Assembly: GCA_964106915.2 (NCBI GenBank)
Contig: OZ066919.1
DNA from: Podarcis gaigeae
Lineage: Eukaryota
DNA: 64,000 nucleotides
Strand: one strand, 5' to 3'
The position numbers and the translations under genes were made by a program. The stretch's first letter is position 1. Each line of letters starts with the position of its first letter. The notes under the pieces are model-generated. The model did no database searches. It was not told where the DNA came from and was given only the letters and a program-made list of their open reading frames with translations. Below, in pieces: positions 12,658 through 25,745 of the stretch.

Positions 12658-13689
12658 TATTCTGCTATGTCAGAGGGTACCCAAGCTGGCAAAGCTGTCT
12701 ACTTTCTGGCTACCATTAGTTTACCTGCTCTGAAGTCAGAGATGGCTTGGGCAGCCATAAGCTTGGAGCTGAACACTAAAGGTTGACTTTGAAAAGCTTA
12801 AAATTTGAACTACAAGGCCAATAAGCAAGTTTTGGTAAATCAGATTGCATAAGTATATTCTACCTGACATGAACTTCCAAATGACATATTGGTAGTGCAA
12901 AGTGACAAAGTGATTTCATAACTGTTCAGTGGAAATATCACTTTGGATATCTGATAAAAGTACACGGACACAGGTATTCTTCTACTTTATGCAGAAACTC
13001 CAAACCTCCCAGCAGTGTGAGCTGAATACAACATGCAAATTCATTTAGATTTATATGTCCAGTATATGTGTTGTGTGAAAAATATTTTTATTTATATCCT
13101 ACACTTCCTCTGGGAAAATCAGAGCAATTATGTAGTTTTTCTACCAACTACGGTATATCCAGTTTACCCCACAGTCAAAACAGTGGGAGAAGACATGCAT
13201 TATAATACACTACTTAAGATGGTAGCAGCTTCTTAAAATGGAGGTTCAAAGAATCAGGGCCAGTAAAGGAAGAGTCTTATTTGTATTTCTTCCTCAGAAA
13301 GATTTTCTCTCTTAGCTATTGATTATGTATTACGTATTTCCTTTTTTGAAAGCCACCTTATGAGAGCTTGCCCATAAAAATATTATGTACCGGTAAGTAA
13401 ATACTCTTTTTAAAAATGGTATTTCATAGCCATTTGCACCTTATTCTTCTCCCAGAAAAAAGGCTATTGGTGAGTAAGAATACAGATTGGCAGGAAATTT
13501 CCAAGCAAGGCCTCTCTACCACCAGCTCTTTCTGCTGTTTCCTTTCGTGGACATACCCTGGTGAGGAGAGAGGATGCATGGCAACAGGGAGGTATCAAGG
13601 CAATGACCTCAAACCTTAGACCTGGAGGCTCCCATTGTTGCCTGGAAACATGAGAAATAGATTGAACTAGATCTGATTTTCCATGATTC

Positions 13690-14273
13690 TGTCATGTCCA
13701 AGCCAGGGCTGAGCCAGCATGACCCCCTTAGATGAAGACCTCACTGACATGATGCATGATGTCTTTATGGAGCCTCCTGACCCCAGCGCTACGCTGGACA
13801 CCTGCAGCATCTCTGGAGAAGTGATGCCAGGCCTACCTGCAGCAGAAGACCTGACGCAACCCATGAATGAGGTTCCTGCTTTGCCTATGGAATCAGAGAG
13901 GGAAGGTGAACCAACTCTCAGCCCCAGGGAATGCTGGCATCAGATACTGCAAGCACAGGCAGACACCTGTTGAGAGTTTGCATGCTTCCATGCCCAGAGA
14001 TGCTAGGCTCCTCTGGAATAAGGGGCCTCCTTTGGAGTAAGGGAACCTTGAAAGCTGAGATAAACATTTGCAGCATGGGCTGCTTCTGAGTGCCCTGATA
14101 TCTCCCTGCTGCTGCTTAGAGAGTTTTCTTTTTTGATTAAGTGGTTTATACATTTTGTTAAATACAAATAAATGCTGTAACCCTCTGGACTTTGGCCAGC
14201 TCTTGTCCTGGGGCCTAGCTTCCCTCTCACCTCCAGCTCAAGGGTGAAGCCAGGACCAGACCAAGGCAGGACA
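13690..14273 (+). mobile_element. Probable solo LTR (Gypsy-like)
   Basis: TGTC...GACA inverted termini, AATAAA near 14167; no clear TSD. Confidence 0.5.
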
Positions 14274-17200
14274 AGTTTCCTAGTAGCACTGGGAATGTTC
14301 AGAGTTTAAACCTGAGACCTCTGCTGCTGTGATGCTTCCCAGTATTGACCACCCATCCTCCTAGCAAGACTAGGTTTGGGAATGGGAAGTATGATAGCAG
14401 GATGATTTGGCTCTGATTCAAGCCCATGACTAATTGGACCCAGTCCTCAGAGGACCCCAGGCTTAATTTGTAACATGCCTGAGGGAAGGGGTCAAATCCT
14501 TGTATTCCCTTTACAAATCCTCCAGTAACAAGACTAGGCACCATCTCAGCTACAATCTAGGCATTTCCTGCTGCAGCAGCTGTAAGCTTTCCTTTGTACA
14601 AATTAAAACAAAAATGGAATTGCCTAGTTCTTTTAACAGAGAAAACTGGGAGAAAGAACCAGAAGAAAGGGATTTAATTATATAGGGCTTCAAAGCAGTG
14701 CGGACATACAAAGGAGGATAATGAAATTAAAATGGCTGTAGAAATTTTAACTACAATCTTCATAGTCTAGGATAATATGCATCTAACCTACTTGACCCAC
14801 ATATACAGATGCTGCCTTATAAAGAAGATTTCCCTTCAATTATGTCAATGCATAAGGCAAATGCACACCTAATGCCCGAGCATGGAAAGCAATGGCTGTG
14901 TAGCCTAATGTCAACCCTTCTTCAATGAAGATACAATGGGGATTCAAGCATGTCTCCCTGGTGCTATCCACAGTTCTGTTGATCTGCTATCTTAAAATCT
15001 AAATGGCATCTCCATGGCCTTTCTATCTGGCATTCAGTGTTCTCTGATATGTTAACTCCTGCTCCCCTGGACCCTTTCTCTGCTTAATTTTAACAGTACA
15101 GGAATGTTGCTTCTAATCTAAGTGTCTCCTAAATTCTCTCACTCCTATTTGTGTCTCCTATGGATAATCTCATACAAAATGCTTAAGAGATACTTGATTT
15201 ATAATTTTAATTGGTTCAACTTTAACCTCCAGCTACTGGTTCTTATTCAGCCATGGGCTATACAGCCTTTCTTCAGCTTAGTTTTCCTTCTGTTATAAGA
15301 AACTCAGGGTAGACCTCTGTGGTTCTTCCCTGCGCTCAAGGGACAGCTTACAATGAGGGTGCTCTGTTGCCCATTCTCTCTTGCCCATTCTAGCGATGAG
15401 TGGAGGAGAGTAACTGCTTACACTTAATTCCTACAAAACCACACTAGGCAAGATTCACTCGATACGTATACTCTACAAAGGATCTCAAGGGGAAAGCAGT
15501 ATGAAAAACCCCCTCTCCAAATCATATGCATGGCAAGCAGTAAGCACTACTGTGTAACTGTTCAGTTTTCAGCTCCCACCATTTCTGCTCAAAAATTCCA
15601 ACATCACATAATGATACTCACCTATTTTGCAATTAAAAGTAAACCAATAACCTTTATTAACCAAAATTTTAGAAAATATGGAAAGAACACACTCCATTTG
15701 AAAGAAATGCAAATGAATTGCTTTGCTTGACTGTCACCACCATATAGCAGGAAATCTATGTTGCCTGCTACAAGGAGTCATCATAGATCCCAGATTGAAT
15801 TCCAGGGACTCCTCAGTTTATCCTCTGTTGCAATAGTGGCATCTCTTTCCACCCCCCCTCTTTCATGTGTCATCTCCTCTACCTGCTGTAGTAGGCAGGA
15901 ATTCAGATATGCCACACAGGAGTTAGGTGAGGAAGGGGAGGGAAAATTGGGGGGAGGGAGGGCTGTTATTGCTGCTTCACCTTCAGATTAAGAGAAAAAC
16001 TTCATTTTATGGAGGAAATCTCCAGGTTACAACATGGCAAGCCTAGCCACTTAGTTTCTTTGAGCTAAACATTGAAGTGTGGAGGAGAGAGAATGTGGAG
16101 ATGAATTTCTGTGTTTCTTCTTGTGGTTTAATGGGCCCAACATTAATGAAAAGTGGATAAAAAACAATTTTGTAACTTTTTCATATCTCACACTAACTTT
16201 CCTGTGGTCTTCATTCCATGTAAACCCTTATTAAGCTTTGGATCTGTGGCTGTGATTTTGCAGAACAGAAAAACCAAGTCCAATGCTTTGGCATAGCTGG
16301 AGTCATTAGAAATCTTCAGACAATGCTTTCCTTTCATCTATAGCACGTGCAAACAGAACGGAATTTTGCCAGGCCCAATATATCAAATGCAGACAGCTGT
16401 TAAGAGAATTGTTTAAGTGACTGAACTGGTGCAGCTTTTTATGTAGATACTCTTCTGGTTGTTAAATGTGTTACATAGACTTGCTGGCAACTGGGAAAGG
16501 GGGACTTGATCTGCCATGTCAGAGGGGCAGCTTCTGAACATTGCTGAGTCTTCAAAATTAATCCATGACTTGGCTTCCCCTGAAACAGCAGAAGTAGGCA
16601 CACAGCAAAAAAATCTGTTGGTATAATCAGCAATTCCCAGTGGGTCCTCCTGAGCAAAGTATGAGTTTGTGAAACAGAAGCTGGAGCCAAAGCTAAACAG
16701 ATCAGTAGGTGACATAACAGTGTGATTTTCCAAAGAGACTGACGAAGAAGGCAAGCCCTGATTGGTCAAACAAATGCTCCCATACACCTGGCACATATTT
16801 TCTTGGCTGGTGCTCTACAGCCCACAGGGCCTAGAGTAAATGTGAGCAGCTCTCACATGCCCCAAAGCAATAAAAATTAAATTATTGCAAAATAATAATT
16901 ATAATAATAATAATTGAGCACAGGAAAACGAACTGTGAATGGGAAACCTAGCACCCCCCCAACTTTTCTGGGAATGAGCGAGGCAAAGTTCCCATACTGT
17001 CTGGGCTGAGCTGACTGTTTCTGCCCTAGCTGGCAAACTTATTGTGCCACTGGAAAACTCTTAAAAATAAGATGAGCAATGGTTCAATAACTGCGTAGGC
17101 GCTTGTGTGGAGGTGGAACATGTTGAACATTAGGTAAATCGTGCTTGCTGGTTTTCTGGAATATCCAATATTTTCATTTATATATAATCTGGAAAGTGTG

Positions 17201-18764
17201 GCCAGTTTTGAATACTGTTAATGTTGCAAAAAGACTTCTGGCAATTCTAGGTGTGCTCTGACCAACATTCGATTCTGCATTAGTAGAGGTGGTAACTCTC
17301 TTAAGAATGCAATGTGCATCCTACAAGGGCTAAGTGGTAAGAAGCGGCCCCCTCCCTTGAGGCAAGAGACAGATGAGGAAGGCATTGCAACCTAGGAGGA
17401 GGAGGGAAGAGCTTGGCTCCATTCTGGAAGGCATGGAATCTACCATGGACAAATAATGAAATAAGCAACTCTCAGCATCTGGGAATAAAGAGCAACAATA
17501 CCTGGAAGAAACATGGGTTGCTATTAGATTCCTACAGTCACTGTCATGTGATAATTACACATGTGACTGAGAGGATCCGCCTCTGGCCTGAGCTATCATG
17601 GGACAAGAAAGGTAACCTCAAAATAAGCACTTGAGAAGCATTCATGATGACACCTCTGATCATGGTTACTTATATTACAGAACGTAACCCAATTGCCATA
17701 CATCATTGGGAATACAGGATACAAGTTCTGAAATCAGCAGAGTGTTAACAGTCCTTGAACTACAAAGGGCAAAGCAAGGCAGGCTTCAGGGAGATTTCAC
17801 GGAGAGCACATGCAGGCACAGGAAGCAGAGTCCAATTGTTTCAGTGGGATATGGTTAGTTTTCCGCCTACAGTACTTCAAACAAGACTCGCGGATTTACA
17901 GTAAATTGCAGCTGTGCCCTCTATGTTTCTGCTGCCAGCAGAAAAAAAATACTTGTTCTGCCTTGACAATGGCTAAGTGAGTCATGTTGGCCTGGTTCCT
18001 AAATGGCACAGGGGGTTCAGGTTAAGAGGTGGGCCATCTAGACTCCGCCACATTACTTCTCATTAATGTGTCTTGCCTCTTTCTCAGGTGCCTCGGTAGA
18101 AAGAACAGAATACCTATAATTGCCTTTTACAACATTTTAGCAGAATTGGACAGAATTAGTGGTTTATTGCCATTGTAAGAAAGGAAAAGAAACATTGTGT
18201 AATAGACAAAAGTTATTTGGGAATGAACATCACACCAGGAAAAAGAAAAGGACAAAAATGGCTTATATATGCTGCCCTCACAGTTGTTCCATATTTGTCT
18301 GTAACAACACAGAAAGCCATTGTTGCAGAATAGCAACGATCTCCAGGTAGAGACTATCCATGCACTCAGTTTGAATTACACTTTTATTTTTAGGTAGGTA
18401 TACACAAAGTACTTAGGTTTAAATGGGACAATATACCAGAATTGTGAATAGTGCCCAGGTATGCAAATGGTTGGGTTTCTCTGTCATGAAACGTATTAGT
18501 TCCGATCAGGAAAGGGTCAAGCCATTGCTTCTGTGTTTACTGTATGAAATGCAAATGCTACCATTCACAATGATACAATTCACGGACATCCTTAAAACTT
18601 GCTACTTTTTTGCACCCTAGATTGAAAAGTAAAGTGTGAACTGGCTTTAAGAGAATCACAGCACAGATCAGCCCAAAGCTTTGGAGCGCTAGAGTCTAAA
18701 CCTTCCCCACTCCTGTTGGTGTACTCTCACATTGAATAAATGACCTTTCAGATTGTAATGGACA

Positions 18765-19372
18765 GAGCTTATAGATCTGATAAATGACTATCCCTTGGAA
18801 CAGGTAGTCAAGGAGTTGACCAGAGAGGAGACAAACCCAGATTTAATCCTGAGAGGTGACCAGGATCTAGTGTGGGATGTAAGTATTGTCAAACTGCTCG
18901 GAAACAGCAAGAGAACAGCTTAAACAAGAATTTAGTGAAAAGGAACTTGAGAGGAAGAATCAAAAGCGCCAATGCTTTTCAAGATGTTTGGTAGTTATTT
19001 AAAATCACAACCATCAAAGTTCAGATAGAACATCCAGCAGAGATTAAGAAAAGCAGAGAAGTATCCAAGACGATGCCATTATAGTTAACGTGCCATAAAA
19101 GGGAAGGTGAGTTTCTTGAAGAAGTGTCCATCTTGCCCAAATATGGAATATAAAAAGAAGCACAACCCTTGGCAATGCTTATCACTAGAAACATTAAAAC
19201 AAACAAGAAGCATTTCTTTAGATACGCAAGGATCAGGAAACCAGTCAGGGAAGTGGTTATATTGTTAGATGACAACAATGCAAAAGGGTTACTGAAGGAG
19301 GATGTGGAGATTACAGAGGAGCTGAGTAAATTCTTTGCATCAGTCTTCATTGTTGTAGAAAATATTTCCATG
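18765..19372 (+). mobile_element. CR1 LINE ORF2 internal fragment (endonuclease end to pre-RT region), decayed
   Basis: Translates to 'LEQVVKELTREETNPDLIL..DLVWDVSIVKLLGNS' and 'IKTNKKHFFRYARIRKPVREVVILLDD...ELSKFFASVF', typical CR1 ORF2 motifs; stops and deletions present. Confidence 0.85.
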
Positions 19373-20367
19373 TAGTAGGCCTAGGAATGGTGCAAAAGTG
19401 CACTAAACTTTGTATTTATATATTCATAGTAATTGTGAGAATTTGGTTGGGGAAATTCCCCTCAGCCTACATACTCAAATAGGAGCAGTTGTCTGAGTGT
19501 GTTTTTAAGGAATAGCTATTACACATTACTGTCAATATCAACTCCCCCCCCCCGCCATAAGGAATTTCAATTAGCTTCATCTTCTTTGTAAGTGGAATTA
19601 AGAAAGATATTATCCTGAGAAATAGTGAAGACAGCTGAAATCAGTACTTCTAATGCACTGTGAAAAGCTGGTTGTGACCAATCAAATCAAGACATTCTTC
19701 TAACTTCCTAAAGTGTGTGTTCTGAAGGGGACAGAGAGGAGAATTTACTGAGATGGAATTTGTGTTTTTTGTGGCTACTGTATTGAACCCAGAGCAATTA
19801 CAGAGATGAACAAGGAAAAAGACATGGAACTGACTGGGCCAATAGCTGTGGCTGAAATTTGGCCTTTCTGCACATTTATAATAATTGAATACAGTCAGCA
19901 TATCTTCTCTTAAATCTTCAGTTGTGGAGATATAACATTTCTGGACACTGAAAGCATGTTTTTTTGTACCTGGGAAAGTAGAAGGCTTCCCCCAGATAAT
20001 ACATTAATTGCTATTGCTATTAGCAGTGAGACCTACTGGGTATTCCAGTGATGAAATTAATGATGAGCCATACAGCCCTCTGCTGTGCCTGCAACATTTT
20101 GTGAGGTCTTTTATTATTATTTTAATGTCAAAAAATAATTTGTTTAGCCCTCAACTTCTCCACTGTGTCACCCCAGTGCGGAGTCCAGCAATATCTATAA
20201 TCGATCTATCATCTATCAGCAGCAAAGCTACTAATACCTGCTATATTGTACTTCTTTAGTGATTAATTGTCAGCAACTCCTTTGAAAGCTATGCTTTCAT
20301 CCTCTCTTGTGCTATATAAAAAAATTCCTTCCAGTAGCACCTTAAAGACCAACTAAGTTAGTTCTTG

Positions 20368-20405
20368 GTATGAGCTTTCGTGTGCATGCACACTTCTTCA
20401 GATAC
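20368..20405 (-). ncRNA. Minimal hammerhead ribozyme motif, antisense copy
   Basis: Exact reverse complement of 20478-20515. Confidence 0.75.
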
Positions 20406-20477
20406 ACACAGTATCTGAAGAAGTATCTGAAGAAGTGTTTATGCACACGAAAGCTAGTGTGCATGCACTTCTTCAGT

Positions 20478-20515
20478 GTATCTGAAGAAGTGTGCATGCA
20501 CACGAAAGCTCATAC
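20478..20515 (+). ncRNA. Minimal type I hammerhead ribozyme motif (PLE-associated)
   Basis: GUAU-CUGAAGA-A-GUGUG(CAUG)CACAC-GAAA-GCUC-AUAC: CUGANGA core, 5-bp stem II, GAAA, short palindromic stem III, UH site, stem I GUAU/AUAC. Confidence 0.75.
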
Positions 20516-20997
20516 CAAGAACTAACTTAGTTGGTCTTTAAGGTGCTACTGGAAGGAATTTTTTTGTTTTGACTATGGCAGACCAACACGGCTACCTATC
20601 TGTAACTTGTGCTATATAGTTAGCCAATCAAAGAAAGCCTATTGGTCTCAATCCATCATGCCACAAATGCAACCTTCTGTCCATCTTCTTGGCAGCATGA
20701 CCAAGAGCTAGAACCTACCAAGAGGCTCACACTTGCCACCTGTTAGACCATCCCATAGATCCTCTCCCCACAATCTAGATCATTACATGTCATAGTCAGG
20801 GAGCCAAACATGCTACATAATAATGACAGCAGAACCAATAAGCCCCGATAACTTTGGCAGTCTGTTGGACACAAGGTGGTCTCAAGAGTCGCATCAGTGC
20901 CACACCTTTTGCCCTTCCATTTCCACATTTCCAATTTATCTCATGCTGTCCTATGCCCTGACCCACAAAAATGGCAGACACATGAGTTGCTCTACCA

Positions 20998-21225
20998 CAT
21001 GGGTAGGCAAACTAAGGCCCGGGGGCCAGATCCAGCCCAATCGCCTTCTAAATCTGGCCCGCGGACAGTCCAGGAATCAGCATGTTTTTACATGAGTAGA
21101 ATGTGTCCATTTATTTATTTGTGGGGCATAGGAATTCATTCACCCCCCCCCAATATAGTCTGGCCCCCCACAAGGTCTGAGGGACAGTGGACCGGCCCCC
21201 TGCTGAACAAGTTTGCTGACCCCTG
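20998..21225. mobile_element. hAT (Charlie-like) MITE
   Basis: Imperfect TIRs catgggtaggcaaac / gtttgctgacccctg, internal ggccc motifs, 8-bp TSD ctctacca/ctctgcca (7/8). Confidence 0.85.
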
Positions 21226-23237
21226 CTCTGCCAAAAGTCTTTATTCCTTGTGTACAAGCCTGGGCCTTGCAGAGACTGAATCACAGGTAAAAAAATAAAT
21301 AAACAGAATTTGAGAGCAGCTATGTCTCACAGAGCAAAACAGCCCATATAGCGAAACATGATATTCCAGATTAATAGCACATTATAGAACTAGAAAGAGC
21401 AAGCTCCCCTATCCTGTCATCATCTTGGGCTACTTCTGTGATGGAGAAGTAAGAAGAGGAGGAGGAGAAGAGCCATACAGAGGGGTGAAGAGGCCTGTTT
21501 CCAATGACACTATGCAGAGTGTGGGAGGTGGGGGGGAAATGAAGACAATATTTTGACCACTGCAACAAGACTTTGTAAAGTGCAGATACGGTGCAGACTG
21601 TACCTGCTGAAGTGTTCCCTTCTATATAACTGAAAAGGATGTGGAAGCCCTCTTACATCTGAACACCTTTGCTCTATATTTTCCCCATCTCTGTTGGGGC
21701 TTACGCTTTCATATACAGCCCTTTTTAAAGTTCCATATTTTAAATGCCAGAAGGGCCACAGCCTTCTGTCAAACCTGGTTCTATTGACTCTACATGAAGC
21801 AGTGTGGAGGTGGAAGGTGGAATATAAACTGTTGCATTTCTAGATGAAAAGTTGGGTCTACCTGTGATTGATTTCAAACCCGTGCAGCCATTGGGTTCCT
21901 GGCTAGTTGCCAGGGTGATGGCTAGATCCTGGGATGGAGATATCACTTATCTGCCACTCCATCTTCTCAAGGGCAACATAGCAGTTCAAGGCGATAGATA
22001 AGGAGACGCAGAACTAATTTTGCAGTAATAAGTTAATCAGCTGACAAAATGGGGTCAATGATAGGGTTACATAAATGTTTCCAGGAAACTGAGAGCTCAG
22101 AAGGTCCAAAGAACAAGGATTCAAAGACTAGTGTGATGAAAGGTCCACATTTTTATTAGGGTGAGGGCTTAATATTAGAATATTCTCAAAGTCTACCTCA
22201 CTGGGGTTAGTTCAAACATGGCATGTCTTGTTGCAGTTTCACACGATGTGCAAAGTATGAAGCATTCTGATGCTGTGAATGTTTTTGGAAGTGCTTAGTT
22301 TGATATTCTGATCAGACAGCTGCATTTCCACTTCCATACCCCACAATATTACCCCAACAGGCTTTGATGCTAGCTTTGAAATGCCAAGACACTGCATGAG
22401 GTATTGCTTGGCTGAAAAACACATTGACATGAGGAATGGAGAGGAATTTTTTTAGTTAACATTTAATGCAAACCTACAGCATCCAAACCAATACATGAGC
22501 CAAAACACAGCTCTCCTTTCAGATTCTCTGAATCTTTGCAAATTGGGGATTTTTTTTTTACAAGGGCCAAATAAAGTGAAACTGAGAATCCCTGACAAAG
22601 CACAGAAATCTCCCACCTTCACCTAGCATTTATGTAAATGCTGAGGTTGGAACACCTGACAGTCTCATAGTGTGCTTTTTGAAAGGTAAGTAGGAAGCAG
22701 TTTTTGGCAAGGAAATGTTCTTTTTTAAATTTGTCGCAGGAATGTCTTTCTAATCGTGTTACATTTTTGGTACCCATAGCAACTCATCTATTTTGAACTG
22801 TGGAACAACGAATGTAGTCAATGGGAATAATATGCATAAGAAAGGTGAACTTTATCTGATCTTATTCCTAGGCCGATCTGACCTGCCAAGAGTACCAACA
22901 GAGCCAGAGAGCATGTGTCATTGTTGAGAGTGGGTTGGATGTGTCCATTCAGTCTTTGCAAGCAACTTGACATGCAAAGCATAGTCTGCTATCATTCAAA
23001 GAGGAGATGTAAAAGATGGAACAGTTACATGCAGTGGAGGCTGGTCCATTAGAGTCAATTGCCCCATCAACATCACTCTGCTCTCAGCCTTTTCCCACTT
23101 GTCTGCCCTCCTATTTATAACCAGCCCAAGGGGTGGCATTGGCTGACACCTTCCTCATCCTTAGCCTCAGTGTTGCCCTCATAGAACACTGCAGAGAGGT
23201 GCACCTAATTCCTGGGTGCCAGAGACTGGATTTAGCA

Positions 23238-23934
23238 TGTTAAAATGCAAGTCAGTTACCAACCTTGTGATGGACCCCTAAAGACGGGTCATTAGCTGGA
23301 ACAAAGGGAGTGGCTCTGTGCCAGAGGGCAAACTCAGAATCAGCTAGAAAGGCAAAGCCCTTGATGTTGAGTTAGAAGGAGAGTACAGTGGTACCTCTAG
23401 ATACAAACTTAATTTGTTCCGGAGGTCCATTCTTAACCTGAAACTGTTCTTAACTAGAGGCGTGCTTTCACTAATGGGGCCTCTTGCTGCCGCCGTGCTG
23501 CCAGCACACAATTTCCATTCTCATCCTGGGGCAAAGTTCTCAACTCGAGGTAACTCTTCCAGGTTAGCGGAGTTTGTAACCTGAGACGTTTGTAACTTGA
23601 GGTACCACTGTAGTTGTTAGGATTTTAGTTGGCTGTGGGAAAAAGGTGTCAGTCTGCTAAATGTAGCAAGAGGGCAGGGTCAGAGCACACTGTGGGCTAA
23701 CAGTTGGAATCCAAGGCTGTAGGAATGGGAGAAACAGATTCCTCTTGGAGGGTAATGCTATAAGCCCCTCTTTTGTAGGCTACAGTTATATGTGTGTGTG
23801 TTTAAATAAACCAAAAATCATAAAGACACCACAGTCTCCACTGTGCCTCATTTGCAAAGGAAACACAAACCCGGGGTAAGCACCTTAAACCGTGGAATCT
23901 TGCAGTGCTGTGGAGACTGGGGTGGGGTGTAACA
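23238..23934 (+). mobile_element. Probable solo LTR, interrupted by a MITE
   Basis: TGTTA...TAACA termini, TATAA near 23759, AATAAA near 23805; left boundary uncertain. Confidence 0.5.
23386..23610 (-). mobile_element. Tc1/mariner-type MITE
   Basis: cagtggtacctc...gaggtaccactg with TA flanks; internal sequence is the reverse complement of the 12443 copy. Confidence 0.9.
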
Positions 23935-24907
23935 GTACTGAACTTTTTAAAAGCCATGGTTAGGATAAAATAAATCCATTCCTCAGATCAGAATTCTTTC
24001 ATTTGTAAGATATTAATGAGTAATAGAAGAAGAAAGTATCTAGTCTGGTGTTCCAAGAACTCATTTCATTAGCTAGCACAGCAGGAGGAAAACCTCACAT
24101 GATCTTTAAGCTAAACATCAACTAAGAATACTGAATGCAGCTAAAATGTAACTCAGCTGATTTTCTGCTGTCACACACCTCATTGTATCCCCCTCCTGAA
24201 ACAATGGACGGAAACTCAGCTCAATGCAAATGAACTCGGCCAAACAATGTGTCTCCGGATCAGCTGCCAGCACCAGTGGGTTTGACCGGCTGCTGCTGCC
24301 AGTCAGTCTGAGATCTCCATCTCTGGGTTGTTCTGAGTTCAGCTTTGGGAACAGAGAAAGATTAAAAGACCTTCATATTGTGTAGGTGGGTAACTGAATC
24401 GGCAGACTGTTATGGATTTTCCTGTCATCCTGCAAATTCCAGGACTTCCTTCTTTGAAAAAAGCTAGAGAAACCAAATGCTTGGTGTGTTCCCTGTCTTG
24501 CATATATGAATGAAACACGGAAGGAGATAATAACATTTTGCACTCATAGGTTCATTTTATAAAGTGGCTGTACTTAGGTGTGTGCAGATAGATAATATAA
24601 ATACAGAGTAATATAAGAGTTATGTTCTCTCTCTGAGTGGCTTGCATATGGTCACCGGATATTGTCCCAAACAGACACTGGTCATGGTTATCTCTTACTG
24701 AGCTACACACTTGCCTTCAGACCATTCTCTGGACAGGCCATATATATCTGTTCTTCTGCCCTGTTTACGATCACAGAGCCAGGGCAACAATCACAGAGCC
24801 AGGGCAACATCCGTGTAACACTAGACAAAGCTGCCTTGCATACTATTTAAGTACTAGCATTGGAACAAGGAAAATCATGGTGGTGGTGTTAGTAGAATGG
24901 TTTTATG

Positions 24908-25044
24908 CAGTGCTATTTTTCTAGAAAAAGAGGTGACGGAACTCACCATGAATGCCTCCCTTATTCTCTTATAATGGCAATGGTGCCCACCTGAGAGGTA
25001 CTGGAACTGAGTTCCCGTGAGTTTTGGCTGGCCAAAAAGCCCCG
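24908..25044 (+). mobile_element. hAT-type MITE
   Basis: Highly similar to 43736-43871; 8-bp TSD gttttatg/gttttata (7/8). Confidence 0.85.
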
Positions 25045-25404
25045 GTTTTATATTGTACAGAAAGGTGCTAATCAGCGGGGGGGGGGGGGGGCATCCAATT
25101 CCACCCACACCCCACAACCAAACAATAATGTTGAGGCTGACCTTGATGGGAAAGCAGACCAGGGAGGTATCCAAGGGGAAAGTGTTGCAATAAATGGTTG
25201 GTTAATTCAGTAACCCTCACATAGACGGGGTAAATGCACAACAAAGAGACAAGAAGATCACTTCAACAACTGTGCCATATAACTGTTGGCAAGTGTGGGG
25301 CAGTGGGAAGGAACAGCTTGCCTGATGTAGTCTGCACCCAGTCACAGTCTGAAGACAGGATGTGGGAGGAAGTAGCAAACACTCCAATATTTATTAAATT
25401 ATAT

Positions 25405-25745
25405 ACGCAGCTGCGTAGGTAGGGGGCGGGGCACACTGGGCGGCACTTACCTTGGGGGCGGCATGCCAGAGCCCAATGTGATGCCCCAGTCCAGGCACCT
25501 CAGAGCATGCTGCACTGCTCCCCAAAGCAGCACGGCCCCAGGGCTGTGCTCATAGGGCGCCAAGCTGCTGCACCCCCCCCAGCCACCAGAGGGGAGTTGA
25601 GAAGGACACAAAAAAGCAGCATGGGGCTGGCCTCTCGCCGCAGGCTCCCCCTCAGCTGCCTGCCAGCTGAGGGAGAGGCAGTGGGTGGACTCCTTGCAAG
25701 CTCTGTGCTGCTTGAAAAAGCAATGCAGGCCTGCAGGGCGTCCAA
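25405..25745. mobile_element. GC-rich non-autonomous DNA transposon fragment (hAT-like)
   Basis: Abrupt GC-rich block with lizard hAT-like motifs; ends not resolved. Confidence 0.4.

Larger units (their letters stand above)
20319..20605. mobile_element. Penelope-like element remnant (inverted pseudo-LTR ends)
   Basis: Perfect ~89-bp inverted repeat (20319-20407 / 20476-20564), PLE-type end 'aaggtgctact...cagaccaacacggctac', 13-bp TSD cttgtgctatata (20306-20318 / 20606-20618). Confidence 0.85.

Noticed and set aside
16413-16796. 127-aa minus-strand ORF
   Set aside because: No recognisable homology or exon signals; cannot be supported without a search.
20319-20605. CRISPR-like or pre-miRNA interpretation of the repeats and hairpin
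   Set aside because: Eukaryotic context, no regular spacers; the TSD and termini fit a Penelope-like insertion.
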